Shown here: positions 58,630 to 64,000 of the stretch, piece by piece
Layout of the letters: every line of letters starts with the position of its first letter
Numbering within the stretch: the first letter of the stretch is position 1
Source of the DNA: Alphaproteobacteria bacterium
GTDB taxonomy: Bacteria; Pseudomonadota; Alphaproteobacteria; RF32; CAG-239
Reading direction: 5' to 3'
Assembly (NCBI GenBank): GCA_017937705.1
Contig: JAGBDC010000023.1
Coordinates: 2,944 to 66,943, forward strand
DNA: 64,000 bases
Program-made: the position numbers and the translations under genes
Notes under the pieces: generated by a model
What the model was told of the DNA's origin: nothing
Databases searched by the model: none
What the model saw: only the letters and a program-made list of their open reading frames with translations

Positions 58630-61600
58630 TTATTCAAGTAATGTTTGTGCGGTTACATAGTCTATTTTACCGCTCCCCAGAACGGGGATATTTTTGCAAT
58701 ATATAACTTTTTTGGGCATCCATAATTCACTTAACCCTTGATTACGAAAATATTCACGTATTGTCTTTATATCGGCATTTTCTTTGTTGGTAAGCAGAAC
58801 AAGTTGCTCCCCTTTCTTTTCATCAGGCTGAGTCAGAACTCCTTGTAGTGTTTGCGGATAGAGTTTATCCAAAACTTGTTCAACCGCAGTTAGGGATACC
58901 ATTTCTCCGCCTATTTTAGCAAAACGTTTAACTCTGCCCTTTATGGTTACATATCCTTCTTCATCGATTGATACAATATCTCCGGTATCATACCATCCAT
59001 TCTCTAGAGGTTGTAAAACTCGGGGAGCATCATATTTCATATAACCTTGCATTATATTATCGCCTTTGACCCAAAGCTTTTGTCCTTCCTCTACTCCTAC
59101 GACTTTTTCAAGACGATATTCTATTCCCGGCATAATTCGTCCGACACTGTCTTCTTTAAAATGCATAGGGGTATTTATAGTTATAACCGGAGAAGTTTCT
59201 GTTGCCCCGTATCCTTCCAAAATTCTGATACCAAACTTTTTCATCCATAATTCTGCGGTTGTTTTTTTCAATTTTTCACCACCGATAACCGCATATTTAA
59301 GCGAGAAAAAGTCATACGGATTGGCCATTTTTCCATATCCGGCAAAAAATGTATCGGTTCCGAAAATGACCGTAGAAAGCGAATCGTAACACATTTCAGG
59401 TACAATTCTATAATGTAGCGGAGACGGATAAAAGAAAGTTTTTACTCCAAATAGAATCGGCAATAAAGTTGCTACGCTTAACCCGAAAGAGTGAAACATC
59501 GGCAAAGCATTAAACACAACATCATTTGAATTAAATGGAATTACACTTGCTATCTGATAGCGATTAGCTTGTAAGTTTCGGTGTGATAAAAATACGGATT
59601 TCGGAGCACCTTCCGAACCGGAAGTAAACAATATTACAGCCGTTTTATCCGCAGTATGAATAGGATGTTTTTTAAAAATATAGTCTTTTATTGCTCGCAA
59701 TTTAGTAAATAAAGATATTTGTTTTGCAAAATCTTCCAGATAAACAATATTTACTCCATTATCTTTTATTGATTGTTCTATTTTTTCAAGCTTAGCTTGT
59801 TCTATAAATGAACGAGATGTTATAATTGTCTTTAGCTCTACTGTTTTAAGAGATGAAATAAACGGTTTTATTCCTAATGTAAAATTGAGCATTGCCGGAA
59901 CTTTATCAGCATATTGCAAAGCAAAAAAGCTGACCACATTAGCCAACACATTCGGTAGCATTAATCCTATTCTTTTTTCTTTAGAAAAGGCTTTTTTATA
60001 TGCTGTTCCGAGAACATAACTCTTAAATAAAAACGACTTGTAACTTTGAGGTTTTCGGTTTATATCTTCGGCAATAATATGATTTTTACCATAAACATAC
60101 GCTCCATCCCACAAAGAATTAAATATATTTTCATTAATTTTAGATGTTTTGTATATCATCTCCGACATAATATCATAAAGCTTTTGTGATACAATTTTGC
60201 GATATTGACGACGAGAAACATTTTCTTCAATTACAAACTTTTTAGGCTCTAAAATATTGAGTGAAATATGCGGAAAAAATTTAGTTCTCATTTTCTTCTT
60301 TAAATAAGAAAATTTAGAGTATTGAGCTCCATTTATACGAACAGGCAATATTTTTGCTCCGGCTTTTTGTGCAATAATCCCTGCTCCCTCATAAATTTTC
60401 ATCATTGAACCGGTTACGGTAATTCTCCCTTCGGGAAAAATCATAATTTTTTTATTTTTCTTCAACTCTTCAATAAGACTGCGAACAGATAGAGGACTGC
60501 GAGAATCAACCGGATAAAAATCGACCAACAATTTTATAATCGGCATAAACCATTTGCGTGTCCAATCAGTATTTATTGCAAAAGTAATTCGTTCCGGCAT
60601 AAATGCAGCTATCAATACACCATCTAAAAGCGACACATGGTTCGCAACAATCAAAACTCTTTTTCCTGCTTTGCGAAAGTTGCTTAAACCGGTAACTCTA
60701 CTATGGAACAAAAATCCTAATATACTTTGTAATATTGAGCGTGGTAAAGCTTCAGGCAAAAGCGAACAAATATAAAAAGCGACAAATGTACTTATTATAG
60801 CCATTGTTAAAAACAGATTAGGTAATCCCAAACCCATAGATAAGAAAACAACTGCAAAAACAGCAACACCCACCATTCCTAATGAATTAATGATATTATT
60901 GCCGGCAATAACCGTTGCAACGTGTGATTTAGGAGCACGATACTGCATAATTGTATTTAACGGAACAATATATAATCCTCCCCAAAAAGCCAAAAAGAAC
61001 ATACTAAAAGTCAAACCGATGGCATGAGGTTGACCAAAAAACTTTATAAATGTTGTTTGTTCATCAGGTGTAGGATAATCTTTGGTAAAGAGATATATCA
61101 AATACATACAAAAGGCCATACCGATTGCCGATAAAGGAATATATGTAGTATGAATAAAACCTCTTGAAATTTGATTACACGCAAAAGAACCAGCAGCAAC
61201 ACCGATAGAAAATAAAACTAAAAACCACGTGATTACGCCTTCAGAAGCATTTAAAATTTGGGTACAAACAGGATAAACTTGAACTGCAACCAATGCCCCG
61301 ATAATCCAAAACCAAGATGCTCCTAAAATACTTTGTAAAACTACGGGGTGTTTGCGTAAGAATCTAAAATTATCAATTGTTGATGCTAAAATATTTTTTC
61401 TGACTTTCAACTCAGGTCTTGGGGCGGGAGCATTCGGAATAAACCACGAAGAAATTATTCCTACGGCTGCCAAAACAATCAATACGGCGATAGAACTTTC
61501 TATCGGCAGTAAAGTTCCTAAAATCAGTCCTAAAAGTATTGCCATATATGTTGTAGCTTCTACATAAGCATTACCGGTTATAAGTTCTTCCGGTTTAAGT

Positions 61601-61983
61601 TGTTGCGGCAACAATGAATACTTAATCGGACCAAAAAATGAGGATTGTGTTCCCATTAAAGCTAAAATAGCAATAAGCAAATGAATATTGTTAAAATAAT
61701 ATGAGATAGCAACACCTATCATCAAGAGAAGTTCTGTAATTTTTAATCCTCGAGCTATTTTATTGCGAGAATATTTATCAGCTAATTCCCCTGCTACAGC
61801 AGAAAATAGAAAGAAAGGCAAAATAAATAATCCGGCAATGACATTTGATAAAACAGCCGATTGAGCAGTCATTTTAATTGCAACCAATGTTAATAATGCA
61901 TTTTTAAACAGGTTATCATTAAATGCCCCCAGAAATTGAGTAATCAATAAGGGCAAAAAGCGGCGTGTTTTCAGCAGACTCAT
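58630..61983 (-). CDS. aas: LplT-like MFS / acyltransferase / acyl-ACP synthetase fusion
   Basis: TQFLGAFNDN MFS, NHVSLLD and FPEGR (PlsC), FTSGSEGAPK, GYGATE, YDTGD. Confidence 0.9.
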   Translation of the reverse strand: MSLLKTRRFLPLLITQFLGAFNDNLFKNALLTLVAIKMTAQSAVLSNVIAGLFILPFFLFSAVAGELADKYSRNKIARGLKITELLLMIGVAISYYFNNIHLLIAILALMGTQSSFFGPIKYSLLPQQLKPEELITGNAYVEATTYMAILLGLILGTLLPIESSIAVLIVLAAVGIISSWFIPNAPAPRPELKVRKNILASTIDNFRFLRKHPVVLQSILGASWFWIIGALVAVQVYPVCTQILNASEGVITWFLVLFSIGVAAGSFACNQISRGFIHTTYIPLSAIGMAFCMYLIYLFTKDYPTPDEQTTFIKFFGQPHAIGLTFSMFFLAFWGGLYIVPLNTIMQYRAPKSHVATVIAGNNIINSLGMVGVAVFAVVFLSMGLGLPNLFLTMAIISTFVAFYICSLLPEALPRSILQSILGFLFHSRVTGLSNFRKAGKRVLIVANHVSLLDGVLIAAFMPERITFAINTDWTRKWFMPIIKLLVDFYPVDSRSPLSVRSLIEELKKNKKIMIFPEGRITVTGSMMKIYEGAGIIAQKAGAKILPVRINGAQYSKFSYLKKKMRTKFFPHISLNILEPKKFVIEENVSRRQYRKIVSQKLYDIMSEMIYKTSKINENIFNSLWDGAYVYGKNHIIAEDINRKPQSYKSFLFKSYVLGTAYKKAFSKEKRIGLMLPNVLANVVSFFALQYADKVPAMLNFTLGIKPFISSLKTVELKTIITSRSFIEQAKLEKIEQSIKDNGVNIVYLEDFAKQISLFTKLRAIKDYIFKKHPIHTADKTAVILFTSGSEGAPKSVFLSHRNLQANRYQIASVIPFNSNDVVFNALPMFHSFGLSVATLLPILFGVKTFFYPSPLHYRIVPEMCYDSLSTVIFGTDTFFAGYGKMANPYDFFSLKYAVIGGEKLKKTTAELWMKKFGIRILEGYGATETSPVITINTPMHFKEDSVGRIMPGIEYRLEKVVGVEEGQKLWVKGDNIMQGYMKYDAPRVLQPLENGWYDTGDIVSIDEEGYVTIKGRVKRFAKIGGEMVSLTAVEQVLDKLYPQTLQGVLTQPDEKKGEQLVLLTNKENADIKTIREYFRNQGLSELWMPKKVIYCKNIPVLGSGKIDYVTAQTLLE

Positions 61984-62057
61984 AGTATTTTCCTTGATAA
62001 ATTTTCGCTATAAGCATAAAACATTATAAGTTTGCGAGTGTCAAGGAATAAAGAATA

Positions 62058-62735
62058 ATGACCGAAGAAGAATTAAAAAAATGGATTGTTGAAAATAGTG
62101 ATAAAGAATATCAAAAATTTGCTTCATCATTGTTGCCTGATGTAAAAAATATTTATGGGGTTCGTTTACCCAAATTGCATAAACTTGCAATAAAATTGGC
62201 CAAACAAAAATGTTACATAAATAATATATTATCACCCTGTTTTGAAGAGATAATGTTACAAGCTTTTATTATCGCAGAAATGCAATGCTCGGATGAAGAA
62301 AAACAACGAACAGTATCTGATTTTATACCTAAAATTGATAATTGGTCTGTTTGTGACAGTTTTTGTTGTTCTTTGAAATGCGTAAAAAACAATCCTCAAT
62401 TCTGGTGGAAATGGTTACAACAATTTATTTTTTCATCAAAAGAATTTGAAATCCGTTTTGGAATAGTAATGCTGATTTTTTACTTTACTGATTCAAATTA
62501 TGTGCCGCAAATTTTAAACATTATTCCTTGTGTTAAATCAGATAAATATTACTCAAAAATGGCAACGGCGTGGTTAATTGCCGAATGTTATATAAAACAT
62601 CCTGATTTGGTTATTAACTTTTTAAAAAATAATAATTTGCCTGTTGATGTACATAATAAAGCCATTCAAAAAATTTGCGAATCGAAACGCATAGAAAAAG
62701 AAATCAAAAAACAATTAAAAGAAATGAAAAAATAA
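62058..62735 (+). CDS. DNA alkylation repair (AlkD-like) protein
   Basis: GVRLPKL, IDNWSVCDSF, YYSKMATAW, NKAIQKICES. Confidence 0.8.
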   Translation: MTEEELKKWIVENSDKEYQKFASSLLPDVKNIYGVRLPKLHKLAIKLAKQKCYINNILSPCFEEIMLQAFIIAEMQCSDEEKQRTVSDFIPKIDNWSVCDSFCCSLKCVKNNPQFWWKWLQQFIFSSKEFEIRFGIVMLIFYFTDSNYVPQILNIIPCVKSDKYYSKMATAWLIAECYIKHPDLVINFLKNNNLPVDVHNKAIQKICESKRIEKEIKKQLKEMKK

Positions 62736-62775
62736 GAGACGGAAAATCCGTCTCTCAATTTTAAGGCACAACAAC

Positions 62776-63336
62776 TTATTCGTCGTCGTCTTCATTATCG
62801 GGTGAACTTGTTGCGTTTTTCTGATGCTCGCATTTAGGAGTTTTGATAGAAAACTTTCCTCCTAAAAGCTTTACTCCTTCCAACGAAATATCACGTCCAC
62901 CGGATATTACCAAAATAATCAGCAAAGCACTGGTAAGATTATCCCAGTTAACCTCGGTAATTGTAGGAGCTAATGGCCAAACAATGCAGTTCATAATAAA
63001 ACCGCCTACTAAAGCCCAACCGACAACCGGTATCCAATACCTTTTAATTGCTTTTCTGAATGGTTCACACTCGGGATCATTACATTCGGGCATAGTCTTT
63101 ACCGATATTTTTCCTCCCAGCCACTTGATTCCGTTGAGAGTAATATCTCTGGTACCGGAAACAATAAGCAAAATAAGGAGAGCTCGGTTAAGATTATCCC
63201 AGTCGATAATCCGCACATTGCCGGATATGGCCGGCTGAACGATACAATTGATTACATACCCGATAGCGAGAACATAACCGACTGCCGAAATCCACAACTT
63301 CTTCGTTATGAATTTCTCCATTACATTTGTATTCAT
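62776..63336 (-). CDS. Membrane protein with two tandem 3TM-holin-like repeats (paralog of 4386-4895)
   Basis: Two copies of WIxxVG(Y/W)xL...NCIV.P...W.NL..ALLI...SG.RDI. Confidence 0.6.
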   Translation of the reverse strand: MNTNVMEKFITKKLWISAVGYVLAIGYVINCIVQPAISGNVRIIDWDNLNRALLILLIVSGTRDITLNGIKWLGGKISVKTMPECNDPECEPFRKAIKRYWIPVVGWALVGGFIMNCIVWPLAPTITEVNWDNLTSALLIILVISGGRDISLEGVKLLGGKFSIKTPKCEHQKNATSSPDNEDDDE

Positions 63337-63453
63337 ACTATTGAGATTTTATATATTAATAATTTTATCTGATACTTAAAAGATGACATCTCAAAACATT
63401 TTTGTCAAGTTTTTATGACAAAAACTCCCGAAATTTATTCGGGAGTTTGTTTT

Positions 63454-63999
63454 TTATCGATTATACTGACTATTGTACTGCATAGTACGAGCTTGAACAA
63501 CATCGTGAACGTGATCTTGATTATTTGAGCCATACCATTGTTGACGCAATGACTGTGGGCTATGAACAGGAGTTAATTCTCCGTCAACATAATCAAGTCC
63601 TATACTTTTTACATCTTTAGAGAATTGTTGCATCCAACGTTGTTCAACAACTGTCGGCTCATATCCGTTTGCTATACGTGCTTGCATATCCCGATATACA
63701 ACGTCTCCTCCTTCTATATTCTTAAACAAATTGTCAAGTTGTTTATTTACCTGATATTGGTTTCCTCTAATCGCTCCTCCCAGATACTCCTCATAAGATG
63801 CATTATCACTCCATTCATGAGTTGCTCTAATATGTCCACGAATATCCGTACGCAGTGGAACATTTTTAAGATATCCTGTATCTAATTCCGGATGACCTGA
63901 GCCATGGTCGATAAAGGTATAATGACCTTTAACTCCTTGATATTGAAAAATTCGGTGTTGAGTATCAACTTCTCCAACCGGATCATAAATTTGGCTCTC
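63454..63999 (-). CDS. 3' part of hypothetical protein (truncated by window edge)
   Basis: Frame of the 63454-63729 ORF stays open to 63999 (ESQIYDPVGE...QYNR*); terminator at ~63419-63448. Confidence 0.7.
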   Translation of the reverse strand, partial: ESQIYDPVGEVDTQHRIFQYQGVKGHYTFIDHGSGHPELDTGYLKNVPLRTDIRGHIRATHEWSDNASYEEYLGGAIRGNQYQVNKQLDNLFKNIEGGDVVYRDMQARIANGYEPTVVEQRWMQQFSKDVKSIGLDYVDGELTPVHSPQSLRQQWYGSNNQDHVHDVVQARTMQYNSQYNR

Positions 64000-64000
64000 T

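Overview
AT-rich bacterial chromosome segment, most likely from a host- or gut-associated alphaproteobacterium (inferred from the parE, psd-pssA, cmk-rpsA, thrS, ELM1-like, RquA-like and Aas proteins; not verified). The housekeeping backbone carries three tRNAs (Ala-GGC, Leu-TAA, Ser-GGA) and two large autotransporters, each followed by a cluster of palindromic repeats. A ~14.5 kb decaying island is integrated in the 3' end of tRNA-Leu and holds hipBA, GIY-YIG, RM + HEPN, iterons and a recombinase remnant whose C-terminus is split by the att site. The most unusual items are four. (1) A tightly coupled six-gene flagellum-derived operon: membrane-anchored FliG fragment, FliH-like, FliN, FlhF, FlhG and a J-domain/SH3 protein, with no full FliF, FlhA or other flagellar gene in the window. 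(2) A structured ~150-nt element bracketed by a duplicated tRNA-Ala 5' end. (3) An Mpi-family invertase plus a perfect inverted repeat upstream of the repeat-rich adhesin. (4) Two standalone tandem-duplicated 3TM-holin-like genes. No CRISPR array, rRNA or reverse transcriptase was seen. All family assignments come from motif recognition by eye, not database searches.
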